Shown in pieces: positions 39,209 through 50,479 of a stretch of 64,000 nt of DNA (positions are counted from its first letter, which is position 1; each line of letters begins with the position of its first letter). The translations under genes were made by a program, and so were the position numbers. This DNA is from Anthoceros angustus (taxonomy: Eukaryota > Plantae > Anthocerotophyta): assembly GCA_010909165.1 (NCBI GenBank), contig VJWM01000019.1, positions 930,001-994,000 on the forward strand. Direction: 5' to 3'. The notes beneath the pieces were generated by a model. That model made no database searches, was not told the DNA's origin, and saw only the letters and a program-made list of their open reading frames with translations.

Positions 39209-42200
39209 ATGACTTCTACGGTGAGGAGGCGCATAAACATCACCAAGACTTCCTCGGTGTGTTCCCCACACTCCAAGAAGCGTGAACCTCTATGCGGCTA
39301 TGGAGCGGAGTCCGGAAGTTCGAGGCATGGAGGAAGAGGACAAATCGATCGCCGACATTGCGCCGGGGTTTGTTTGCAGCGGATGAAAGCGAGTCAACGG
39401 CTCCTCGCGATGAATCACCGATTGCCGAACCGGTATCGGAAGAAGGATGGGTAATGAGAGATGCTCTTTCCACCCCAAGCCAGTGAAACATTTGTAGCGA
39501 GCGATGTGTGGATTCGGTGATTCAAAAAGGCGGGCATGTGGGGTTCCATTGTCCAAAAGCGATAGCGAGGTAGTGATGGACTTTGAAACCATCAACAAGC
39601 TCGTGTGCAAACTCGTGCAAGGCAAACTTGCAAGAGCGTGATATCGTTATCGAGGATGGGGAGGCGGAGCAAGAAGCGTTTTGCGTCACTAGTGGATGTG
39701 GACATCGGCGAAACCTAAGGAGAAGGTCATCACACATATCATGGGAACTGGGCGCATTCGGTGTTGTTTGCAAGCATTCCGGAGAGTTTACTGCATAGGC
39801 TCCGAGCGGTATGAGGAGTTGAAGGCCAGAGTATTGTGCAATGCTCCATGGGACGGAGCCAGACTGAATCCTCGGCAACCCTCGTCGCATGCAGAGGGAG
39901 CTGTTGCATGGATGGATTCCACTTTTCAATTCATGTCAGAAAGACTGCCGAACGTCGATGTTTTTCACATGCCCGATACATTTTCCAAGTTGGAAATATG
40001 GGCCCGATCGACGGATATGGCACGGTCCTCCATGAAGTTCGTCTCCTGCGTGTTCTTAACCTGTGGAGAAACAACTTTCCGAAGGTCCGGATACCAAAAT
40101 CAAAGTTTTCTACTTGTTCTCTGTGCGAGGGCCTCAAGCGCACTATTCGCAACACATCTGGCAAGGCAGATCAAGGTTTGTTCCTTTAATCACAAGGCGA
40201 ATCAAGCCCGGGGGAAATTCGAATGCTGTTCGTTGACATGTTGCCGGCATGGTAGGGACCGTGTTTATCCAATCTGGTTTATGTGCGCCGTCATGCCCAC
40301 AGCACGGTCGATAACATGTGGCGGCATGCCGCACCATCGTGCTTACAATGGCGGTGGTGGCGTCAGCACATGCGTGCATGATGTTTGGAGGAAGGCGCCG
40401 GCATGCGGTATGTAACCATAGCTCCGGCATGGGCGGCATGCGCCTATGCCCATAGATATGGTTACATAGGCGCCGGCATGCCGGCATGCGCTTCTACAGG
40501 TGCGGGCGCGGCATGCCGGCCTGCATAGCTCGGTGCGGGCCGGCATGCGGCGCCTGTAGCTCAGGTGCGGGCGGGCATGCCGGCGCCTATGTACATAGCT
40601 CTGAGGCGGGCGGCATGCCGGCGCCTGTACATAGCTCGGGCGCCGGCATGAGCGCCTTTTGCGTACTGCTCCTATTACATACGTGACGCGCGCCTATGTT
40701 CATACCACGGTTTTTGAGCGTCCGACCGACCTATGTCCGTAGCAATGGTTATGCGGTGCGGCATATGCCCATACATCGGTTTATGCGCCGTCATGACCCG
40801 ACCTATCGCAATATATGTGCGCGCTGGCGCCTATGGGCATATATTGTTCCCCATGGGTATAGTGCATGTCGCAATACATGGTCGCCATACATCCGGTGCC
40901 TTCGCCTTAGTCCTTGCATGGTCGGTGGTGGTACCGTACGGTGTGCCCGTACTCATGTAGGAGTTTTGTGGTCAAATGTGGTGGAGGTCGTTGTGCAATA
41001 CTCCTTGTTTTGACATGTGCATATTTTTCCGGTTGTGCAGAGGTATATGAAGGGGCACTGGCGTCTCATCGACTACGTCTACAGAACGAGAGGGACAAAG
41101 CTGCAAAGCATCGCTCTAAAAGTTATGCTCAACCTCACAAGTACATGCTTACTATCGGTATGGACCAAAAGAAGACCGAGGCCCCATTTTATTCGATACC
41201 CAAAAGATTTAGCGGATAGTTCACTTATTAATGTTCATGTAGTGGGCTGTATGGTGCATAATTACACTTTCAAGGCGAGCGTATTTGCATTATGCCAATT
41301 TGCGGAATGATGAATCTAACTATCAACATAATTCAAGATGTCATATTTTCATATGAAGGGTGCTTCCAAAGTGCTTTATCTCCGACTTGACAATACATGC
41401 CGGAGAACAAAAATCAGTTGTTATTCGCATACCTAAATATGCTCGTTGACCTTCAAGTGTTTGTGAAAGTCAAGGTTGGTTTCCTTCGTTGGTCACACAC
41501 ATGATCGTAGATCAAATGTTTTCTTGTTTCTCAAGCTTCGAGACACAAAGAGGCTTTTACAATAGATACTGGCGGACATTGTGACATTCACTCCAAAACC
41601 GGAGTGAAGATTATAAGCGAAGCGGACTTTCGTTCATATGTATGGCCGATCGGAAAGGAGCAAGAGGATATGCATACGGCGGTAAACGGTGAACAACCTT
41701 TCCTTCCAACATCGGTTCAAAATCACACGGAAGAACGGCAAGTACATTCTTGTTGTTGACAGCGATTCCACTTCACCTGGGAATCAAGATGGTTTAGAAT
41801 TTTTGAACTTCGTTCCCACCATTGCAGTTGGTCAGCTCCGCTTATGGCTTTGAAAGCGAAAGACAAAAGGGGATGGTGGTCTGTCGCCATCGAAGGTGTG
41901 AAGCACTTGAAGAATGGGTTATTGAACTTGAGGACATACATAGCGCGGGAGAGAGTGTGGTGGAGGTTGTTTTGGATTGATCAAGAGGAATCGCCCTTAT
42001 TGTGGAGAACAACATAGCTCTTGTGCTAAACGACCATGGAGATGGTACAATAGGCGGAGGCGGGCGAACTTGCCTCCGCTCCAAGTCCTCAAGAGGTTGT
42101 CCTCGACGAGCATTACTCGAGAGGTACCCCAACGCGATATGTATTTGGGGCATATCGAATATTGGTCGCCATGTGACAAATTGAAAAATGAATGGGGATA

Positions 42201-42689
42201 TCAAGGAGATACGGAAAGGAATGTTCATCGCTACTCCATGTGCGTGAGACGCACATACAGGCTTTTGGATTGGGAAGGTGGGCGTGGACTTTAATTGTGA
42301 GAAGCCTTCGCTTATGGTCCATCGAGGCACACCGATGCGTTTGAAGGAAATATGTTGAAGAATTTTTGTTCGTCGACGCCGAGCGGGACATGGGAAGCGG
42401 TGGGAAAAGAGGATTACCAAAGAACATCCAACGGTTGTTTGTTGACAAGACTATAATCCTCTATTATGGATTCAACTTGAATGGAAGGAAACACTTGTAT
42501 GCTTGGATAAGAAGGCCATTAAAAACTCAGCCGCCTTTTCGCAACTGTGAGAGGACGATAGCGACTGTGAAGTCGATGACGGAGGTCCTATATTGGATGA
42601 AGGAATTGAGTCGGCGAGGTGAAATTCGCGGATGTTTGAAAGGGCCACTGTTCGAGAACATGCCCTTGCAAAATAGGCGAGCATGTTGA
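39209..42689 (+). pseudogene. Sola-type (DDD) transposase 2; frameshifted; intron 40176-41040
   Basis: AWMDSTF..ERLP..LWRNNFPKVRIPKSKFSTCSLC spliced in frame to EVYE..ERDKAAKHR..GMDQKKT..LYLRLDNTCxENKN..VKVGFL.VGHTHDxVDQMFS. The 5' part is duplicated at ~38035-38820. Confidence 0.85.
40176..41040 (+). repeat. Intron of transposase 2 containing GCCGGCATGCCGGC palindromic repeats
   Basis: GT at 40176 and TGCAG at 41036-41040 give an in-frame DQ|EVY join. About 10 (G)CCGGCATG-type cores lie at ~40390-40650. Confidence 0.75.
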
Positions 42690-43455
42690 GTAGTAGATGT
42701 TCACAATTATATAGTTCTCTATGGGACTCACCCTATTAAATGGAGCAGCGCCTACTTTATTCTTGCCGCTCATTAATACGATGTTATCAATTCAAACCGC
42801 ACAAACGGACACGAACGAAAGTGTCACCCACATCCGCTCTTTGTCGTCTTGTCCCAATGCGAGGTTAATTAATATGCCCATGAACTCGGCGTAAAATGCG
42901 CTTGTTGCTTCTTGCTATCGCGCTAACGCGAGATGGGAATGGATAGAAGTTCATCTATGTACACGGGGCGGGGGAGTGGGGTGGCGGCACCCACAGACTA
43001 CGTGTGCCTTGTATACGACCAGCCACAATAAAATTCTGGGAAAAAACAACCGGCCTGCCTTGATGTTGCATTGGCGTGTGCGAGAATACAACCAAGGCCG
43101 TACACCTCATCCACGTTACAAACTGTTTAAGCCCGTCTGTGCTCAACACTTCATGCATATCCATATATTTCCCAAACCACTCACCATGCATGTAAAAGTT
43201 GCATATTACAAAGCATAGTAGGCCCTCTGCAGCCCCCGGCCTACATGGACTTAAATATGGGCATGTTTTGCAGGCAAAATTGCATTCAGTCTTCCAACAA
43301 ATCCCTTTGTTTGGCCACCCCATGTCATGAACTCATGTTTAAGAACATGTGCCACCCTTTTTCCCTCTTACTTTCAAACAAATAGTCCAAGAAGGGTTTG
43401 AGTGCCCATGTTGCCGCCGGTTATTTGTATAAAGTGGGAAAACGCCGCTTCCTGT

Positions 43456-43485
43456 TTATTACGACGGAAAGAACATTATGGTGTT
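43456..43485 (-). repeat. Right TIR
   Basis: TTATTACGACGGAAAGAACATTATGGTGTT followed by the CACA TSD. Confidence 0.95.
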
Positions 43486-43489
43486 CACA

Positions 43490-44410
43490 TGCCATCCCGA
43501 ATCCGATGGCCAGACAGAACGTCAGATACAGGTGCTGGAAGACATGTTGAGACACTACACGCATGACAAGCAAGGCAAGTGGGAAGAACTTCTACCTCTC
43601 CTCGAGTACGCCTATAACAGCTCCAAACATGCGGCCACAGGGGTGTCCCCCTTCAAGTTGCTCTACGGAGAAAACCCCCCACCACCAGGATTGTGGCCCG
43701 CCAGTGACACCAAATGGAGGAGTGCAGCGGAAGTCGCCGAGGACATCTGGCACGAGATTCAACAAGCCAAGCAACGACTCCTTTTAGCTCAAGACCGGGC
43801 AAGGAAATCGAGCAACAAACACCGACGAGACATCTCTTACGCCATCGGGCAGTTAGTGTGGTTGCGCATCCGGCCTCACAGGTACCCGTCACTGATCCAG
43901 CAAAAGAACAAGCTGACCTACCGGTTTGCAGGTCCCTTCAAAGTCTTGCGCAGGGTCAACGACGTCGCCTACACCCTCGAACTTCCAGCCGGTTGGCGCA
44001 TGTGCCACACCTTCCATGTGAGCATGCTTAAACCGGTGATCCAGAGGCCTGCCCATCTTGCTCCACCGTTGCCAACGGCTCCAGCCACCGCGACCACCTC
44101 TGCAGCTCCAGTCATCACTGCCGATTCTGCAACTCCAGCCGAGACGAGCAACTCTGCCAACCTCGCCGGACCGACCAACTCGGCACCCATGCCACCCAAG
44201 ACGTCAGCGACACCTACACAGCGGCGAACCAGACTTCCCCGCCATCCCCAGCTCACACCCCTCTCCCAACCGGATCGAATCCTCGAGGTACGCAATGAGA
44301 TTGCGCAATGTGTCATCGAGACTATTTGGTTGGGTGGAGCTAAGACAGATGCCCCGCCCACTTGGGAGCTGACGAGGCGATCTGCCGACGATTTCCCCAC
44401 CTCAGAGTGA
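43490..44410 (+). pseudogene. pol: gypsy integrase C-terminal part with GPF motif and degenerate chromodomain
   Basis: CHPESDGQTER..WEELLPLLEYAYNSSKHAATGVSPF..GPFKVL..HTFHVSMLKP..PDRILEVR..W.G..TWE. Confidence 0.9.
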
Positions 44411-44430
44411 CGGCCGGAGGACCAGCCTCT

Positions 44431-44443
44431 GGGTTGGGGAGAA
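44431..44443 (+). promoter_or_regulatory. Polypurine tract
   Basis: GGGTTGGGGAGAA immediately before the 3' LTR TG. Confidence 0.7.
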
Positions 44444-44876
44444 TGTTACGACCGCCGAGCCACAAGCCCGTGACGCCCGGCCGGAGACGGTTATGCAAAG
44501 CTCTAACCCGGCTTAGGTTATCGACCTAGAGGTACCCATGCAGACCGGGTTAGTAAAGAGAACCCGACGGAATGTATAATGACGTTGCTAGGGCATGCTA
44601 AAACTTAAACTTGTTTTCAAAACTAGTCCTAGTAAATAGGTTATTTACTAACTTAGGCTAGAGAAAGGGATTAAATCTACTTCATCGTGGTAGTTAGACT
44701 TGATCACGAGCAGACTTCCCATTACGGCCGGGGCTTCTTGGCCGGACACTAGCCAGCCCCTTCTTGTACTATGGACACTAAGAATTTAATAGCCATTTGC
44801 TGAAGGCTCATCTCACGACGGGGAGCTCAGGTCCTGAAAGCGCATCTGGGCTTGAATGCAGATCCTTGCCGTGACA
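44444..44876 (+). repeat. 3' LTR
   Basis: TGTTACG...CGTGACA termini; matches the 5' LTR along its length. Confidence 0.92.
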
Positions 44877-45429
44877 ACCAAGGTGTCATTTTGACCGAGT
44901 ACTAGCTCGGTCCGGACCGCTAGCTCATACGCCGCCGGTCCGGACCAAGCAGGACTGTGCCTTTTCGACCCTTGGTCACTAAATATAATATATATTAAAT
45001 AAATAATTTATAAATAATAATATAAAAAGGCAGATCGGAGTCTATGATCGCAGCTAGCCGATCAGAATGCGTCCATGATAAGATGTCTATGTGTCCATAA
45101 TAAATATAAATTTTTGGATATAAAATTAAGTAATTTACTAATTTTAAACCGGACTTTATGAACCCTCGGTCCCGAGGGTAATAGGGGACCGAGGGTGGGG
45201 ACGGACTCTGAAGAGCCTCCGGTCCCATGTTTTTAACACATGCCGGGGACGGGACCGAGCTTGGGACGGGGTCAAAATGACACTGATGCCTGGCCACCAC
45301 ACACGCTGGCCCACCACACCGGCCTCACACACCGCCCGCCTCCTGCACGCCAAACCCCAGGCCCCACTCTATCTTCCGTCACCGCCGCACCAGACTGCCG
45401 CCGCCACACCGCCTCAGATCCCGCCCGGG

Positions 45430-45502
45430 CTTTGTTGTAATTTGAAAGTATAACATAAAATTATAACAACGACCATAATATAGGATGTCATTTCTAGTAG
45501 GG
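45430..45502 (-). mobile_element. Possible degenerate right end of the CACTA-like element
   Basis: TTTCTAGTAGGG (reverse complement CCCTACTAGAAA, one change from CACTACTAGAAA), preceded by TTGTTGTAA / ACAACG motifs like those at the left end. No 3-bp TSD confirmed. Confidence 0.35.
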
Positions 45503-45706
45503 TTGTATTACCCAGTTAATTTATCATATTAAATTAACATTTAATTAATATAAATACTATATATTAATTAATATTAATAATTACTTAAAATAAATAATTC
45601 AATTTATTAATACAATCAAACACTAAACCCAACCGCTCATAACAAATCAGCACTCTAGCGCTCATGACAAATCAGCACTCGGGTGGCCCCGAGCGCTTAT
45701 GACAAA

Positions 45707-48571
45707 TCAGCACTTGGGCATGCCAGGCGGGGGAGGAGGCAGAGTCTCGAGAGGCCCATGTCCATTCTGCACGATGAAGCCCATAGCCATGCCCCACGAG
45801 GTGTGGATCTCCAGATGGCAGTGCATGAACCAAACACCTGCAGTAGTTACACAAACAATGAGGTTATAAGCCAAAATGCACACGTGATATGAAAAGGTGA
45901 AGGGCAGGCACAGGGTCAAATTGATGCGAGTGTTGGATAAATTTGTACCGGGGTTGTCTGCTTTCCATCGAATGGCAGTCCATCCCCAGCAGGGACGGCA
46001 GCCGTGTTGCGGAGAGGTGGGTCGTGGAGGTTGAAATATTTGGGGTCCTCCGTGGCATTGAAGGTACCAAATCCAGAGCCCACGATGTAGAAGCTGAAGC
46101 CGTGCAAATGGAAAGGATGGCTCTCAAAGAAAACCAAATTAGTGTTCTGAAATACCAGCTGCACCTCAGACCCGAATGGGATAACGTTCAGCCTGGTCCC
46201 CCTCAGCCCTTGCGTGTTGGCGGGGATAACGGTTCCTGTGAAGTTGTAGAAGAAGGCCGGGTCATCGGGGAAGTCCGGTGAGTAGACGTTGTTTATGTGG
46301 TCGAAGTAGGCCTGTTGTCCATCGCAGCAGTACCACATCAATCAGTCTGAGAGCGATTCCTTGCAAAGGTAACGAAATTCGAAGAATGATCGAAGAAGCT
46401 TCATTGTACCTCAAGAATGGACCTCTTGGGCTCCACGAATGTGATGTTGTTAATGCTGGTGACCAGCTTGGCAGTGCCGTTCCGGAGCCCACATCCGTCC
46501 GTGGCATTGCAAAATTGCAGGTTGTATCCCACCGTGAACAGCAGGTCAGTGCCTGGGCTGATGTTCTTGGGCACGGTGATGGGGAACTCTTTGCTGGCCA
46601 AGGCTCTGATCTTGTCGTCGAAGTCCAAGGCCCACGCGCTGTCGTTGTGCTCAGGGAAGGCGGGCAGCTGGGAAGCCAACACCTTTCTCGGATCGGTCTG
46701 GGGCTTCACGTACTCCAGAATGGCTGTGGCCGATACGGTGGGAAAGGGGACGCTTGTCGTTGGAGCCGGGGACCACACGCTGGTCGCAATGTAGAACCTT
46801 CCTCCTCCTGCCTTATCGGCTTTCACTAGCACGTTCATGGACTGGCCTGGTGTCAACAGCACCACGGACCTTTTCAGCTGCTTGGTGTACTCGCCGTCGG
46901 CTTCTACCACCGTCAGGTCATGGTTGTAGATGCTGAAGTATTGCTCGAAGTTCATCCCGGAGTTGATCAGTCGGAGCAGGTATGTCTTTCCGTACTCCAC
47001 TTGCACAACCGTGGTTTCTGCCATCATGATGCACCACAACGACAACCTCCTTCAGTGGACAGCCCGGATGTGTTCCAAGAAACTTGAATCCATCAATAGA
47101 GTTTGATACGTACCCTGAGACGAGCAGTTGTAGAGACCGCCGGGCTGGCCGTTCAACAAGAGGGCATCTGAGATGTTGTAACCAGCTCCTCCTCTGATGG
47201 CTGCAGTTTCCACGTCTTCATAGTTCGTGTTCCACCATTCTCCTGCCAGGGAAAGACCAATCTACATGAGTCTCGAGCTCGAGGGAACAGAATTTGCATC
47301 CTGCAAGTGGCGATGGACGGAAGCCATGAGCCTACCGAATAGGATAACTTGCTCCCCAGCGGGTTTGGGAAATGGGTAGGAACCCCTTCTTGGGAGGACG
47401 ATGAAGGCTCCGTACAGGCTAGCTCGTAGCCATGTGATGTGAGCGTGGTACCTGCAGACGAATTCCACATCAATTTGCTGCTCAACATCTGAATGTCGGC
47501 ACACAAACCCAGACGAATCTTCAACAAGAATTTCCTAATCCAAAGTAGGACGCGTGCCGACGTAAGCTTTTCCGGGAAAGAGGCAATAAAAATTCGTCAA
47601 GCCTTGCAAGCTAAGATTGCAAATGACCTATCTAGTAGCTATGCATACGTTCACACGATACCAGTAGATCTAAGCAAAGCATTCCAGCTGCTAGAGTCGA
47701 CAAAATGGTCGTGGATGACAAAACGGTTGTGGCACTCACCACACGGTTCCCCGCTGACTGTTGTCCACGACGAAGTCGTAAGTGAAGGAATTTCCTGTCT
47801 GGATCGGGCACTGCGTGATGTATGCAGGACCATCTTGCCAGTTCTGTAGCACCTGCCTTAATCCGTGCCTGCAGTGATACACGAATTTGCGCACAATCAG
47901 CCTCAGCCGCCAAGATTGGCCCTCAAACGATCGTGCCAGGAATGCAAGTCCTGCATTGAAGTTCCTGGAGTTCTTGGAGTTCAATTCAGGAACGATTCCC
48001 TGAACTGAACTCCAAATGCGTTGCATTTAAGAAAGGTGGCGAGGAAGGCCCAGTACCAGTGGAGCGTGACGTTGTACGAAACCTCGTTGGTCACTTTGAT
48101 GACAACTCTGTCGTCCTCTCTAATGTAGACGGGAGGGCCAGGAATTGGCCGTTGATGGTGACGAGCGGCTTTGTAAGACATAGCCGAGTCACATTCACGT
48201 ACTGCACCTGTTGGCAGGCATGCACCACTTGAATTCATGAGATTCATTGCCAGATATCCTTCTCATGACAAGTCTCACATGAATTCATCAGGCGCGCTGG
48301 TGAGCTCGAGATTCAAACACGTTTCAAGACCATCGCATCCGATGGCTGTCTAGGAGGAGTTTTGGAATGATCCAGATCTGGAGTACGCACTAACCTTCCA
48401 GTCGAAGTAGTGGGTGATGGGTTCCGATCCCTTGCGCCCCTTGTCCACCTTGTACGGGCCCTCGTCTCCATATGTGATGTTGGCAGACGCTTGTAAAGCG
48501 TGGCAAACGACCACGACTACGCAAGCGATTGCAAGCGTAACCATGGATTGCACTGCCATTTCCCTCGCCAT
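45707..48571 (-). CDS. LAC: Laccase (multicopper oxidase), multi-exon
   Basis: Signal peptide. Copper motifs L1 VTLHW|HG, L2 W|YHAH, L3 HPFHLHG, L4 [19 protein letters not shown] introns. A few indels, possibly sequencing error. Confidence 0.9.
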
Positions 48572-50045
48572 GTATCTTGTATCGGTGGCGTGGAAGCTGG
48601 TGTGTTGGAAGTTGGAACTCGGTTCGCGCTCGGTGGCAGTGATGTGGAGTCTGGAGTCTGGATGGCGCCGGCAGGCTTGTGGAAGCCCTTTCACGAATTG
48701 TGAGGCCACGAAACGTTTTCTGTGAGCTCTGCCTGTGGAAGCACTGGAAGAGTTCGAAGAGAAGCCTGCAGAGCTCGGGCATTTGTAGTGCGCGGGCCGG
48801 CAGTGACTATCCACAATCGAGCTTCCAGGAGCTTCCGAATTACGCACATGTGATCATGGCCTTGCTTTCCTCGCGCTGCCAAATGCGAGGAGGGGTCGTA
48901 CAGATTGCAATGTTCCCATCCCGGCGGTCAAACAGTACTTCCAAAACCCACTGACCGGAAATTTGTGTTGTATGTGGGGGAGGATGAGGAAGGGAATTGG
49001 AAGCAAGGCCAGCTGAGCCGAGACCAAGCGACCAAGCAACATCTCGCCGGAATCCTTCTGAAGTTTATTATGTGCAGGCAACTACCGGGGAGAGTTTATG
49101 GAAGAATGATACAACACAACGTGGGCGGACTCCGAGTCCTGTTCGTATGGCATCCAGCTCGGCCTACAGAGTATGAAACTGTTCTAGTTCCAGCTCGTGC
49201 TCAGCGTACGGCGTAGATCAGGTTTGGGTGCAGCCGTGAGGAAGGAAGCTAACGAGCCCACGCTGCCCACAAGCTAGGATCTGCGACTGCTTCCTAGTAC
49301 AAGTCGGTGGCCTTCAGCCATCCGCATTTATCACAAGTAGCGTAATCTACATGGTGTCAAGCTCGTCACCGGTGGGCCCTAATGCGGAGCATTATTGCCT
49401 GTGTTTGGAAGCATTTGAGCTCAGCTGGCTTGGGACCCTCAATCTGCACTGTCTTGGGGAGTGGTCTTGGGGAGTGTGCAACATTGATGTGAGTAAAAGG
49501 ACTAGTGCGGAGATGCTCAAACGTACATCGCTTGGAGGAGCCACTACAATCGGGGAAAAAGAAAATATCATGCTTATGCAGAGCACATGCTGCACTTAGA
49601 AACAACCTGCCTATTAAGAAACTTTGTTTTATAGATTTAAAGCAGATAAGCCAAGTACCATGTTGTCCTCAAGTATAAACTTATACGTCCAAAGAACACA
49701 AATTCGATGGACAACAGCACTGTTTCTCAGTCTTGGAAAATTTAGAATCACTAAGTCTTATTTTAAAGAGTATAACTTTAGTTGGGGCAGAAAAACAAAC
49801 TAGATACTCCTTTGTAAGCATTCTCTCTTGACAACCTTGGAGAAAATGGCTCCAACAACTTTGTGCGGTTTCACAAAATTTATCGCATCATACAATAGGA
49901 GCGGATGAATTGAACCTTACAAAATGTGCACTCTCCATGCTTATATATGCAAATTTTCCTAAGACCTTCCGATTGATACAAGGACTTAGGCGATGGAAAA
50001 AATATGGAATAGGTGAGCTTCTTGAAGTTGGTAAGCGATGACTTC

Positions 50046-50220
50046 AGCGCTAAACAATCATGTCATCATGTTTATGTCAAATGCTTACCTAGGATTGTAG
50101 CGCTAAACAATCAGGTCATCATGCGCTAAACAATCAGGTCATCATGTTTATGTCAAATGCTTACCTAGGATTGTAGCGCTAAACAATTAGGTCATCATGT
50201 TTATGACAAATACTTACCCA
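50046..50220. repeat. Short tandem repeats (GCGCTAAACAATCAGGTCATCATG...)
   Basis: Four copies of the ~24-bp core with a ~53-bp longer unit; also at ~57360-57535. Confidence 0.8.
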
Positions 50221-50479
50221 GTAATTGACATCATTCCTTCTCAATCTCTCTCGATTCCCGCCTCTCTCCGATGTGTTTGCGGCTCCAGCAACAAATCCTA
50301 TAGTAGCTGTCTCTCTTTAGCTAATGGCTCTCCCAAGGCCGAGCAATTTAGTGACCTAGCGAGTTCTCTCTTCAACATCTTCAATGGGTAGTCCCGGACT
50401 AATATGATTGAGGCAAGCTTGAAGAAGCAGTACAAGCATGCAATTGGCGTTTAGAGTCGTGTCTCGATGAGATAGGATA

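Larger units (their letters stand above)
10171..43485. mobile_element. Large (33.3 kb as assembled) TIR DNA transposon, Sola-like, carrying ParB-like and DNA methyltransferase cargo
   Basis: 30-bp TIRs with one mismatch. CACA TSD at 10167-10170 and 43486-43489. Removal restores the integrase ORF. Two DDD transposase-like genes lie inside. Confidence 0.9.
1448..44876 (+). mobile_element. Ty3/gypsy (chromovirus-like) LTR retrotransposon, interrupted in integrase by a 33-kb DNA transposon
   Basis: Two ~430-bp LTRs, tRNA-iMet PBS, gag-PR-RT-RH-IN order, polypurine tract before the 3' LTR, chromodomain-like integrase tail. Confidence 0.92.

Noticed and set aside
10171-43485. Classifying the large element as CACTA, hAT, MULE, Maverick or Helitron
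   Set aside because: Termini are AACACC with a 4-bp TSD. No TnpA/TnpD, polB, capsid or Rep-helicase motifs were seen, and the transposase motifs fit the Sola-type family.
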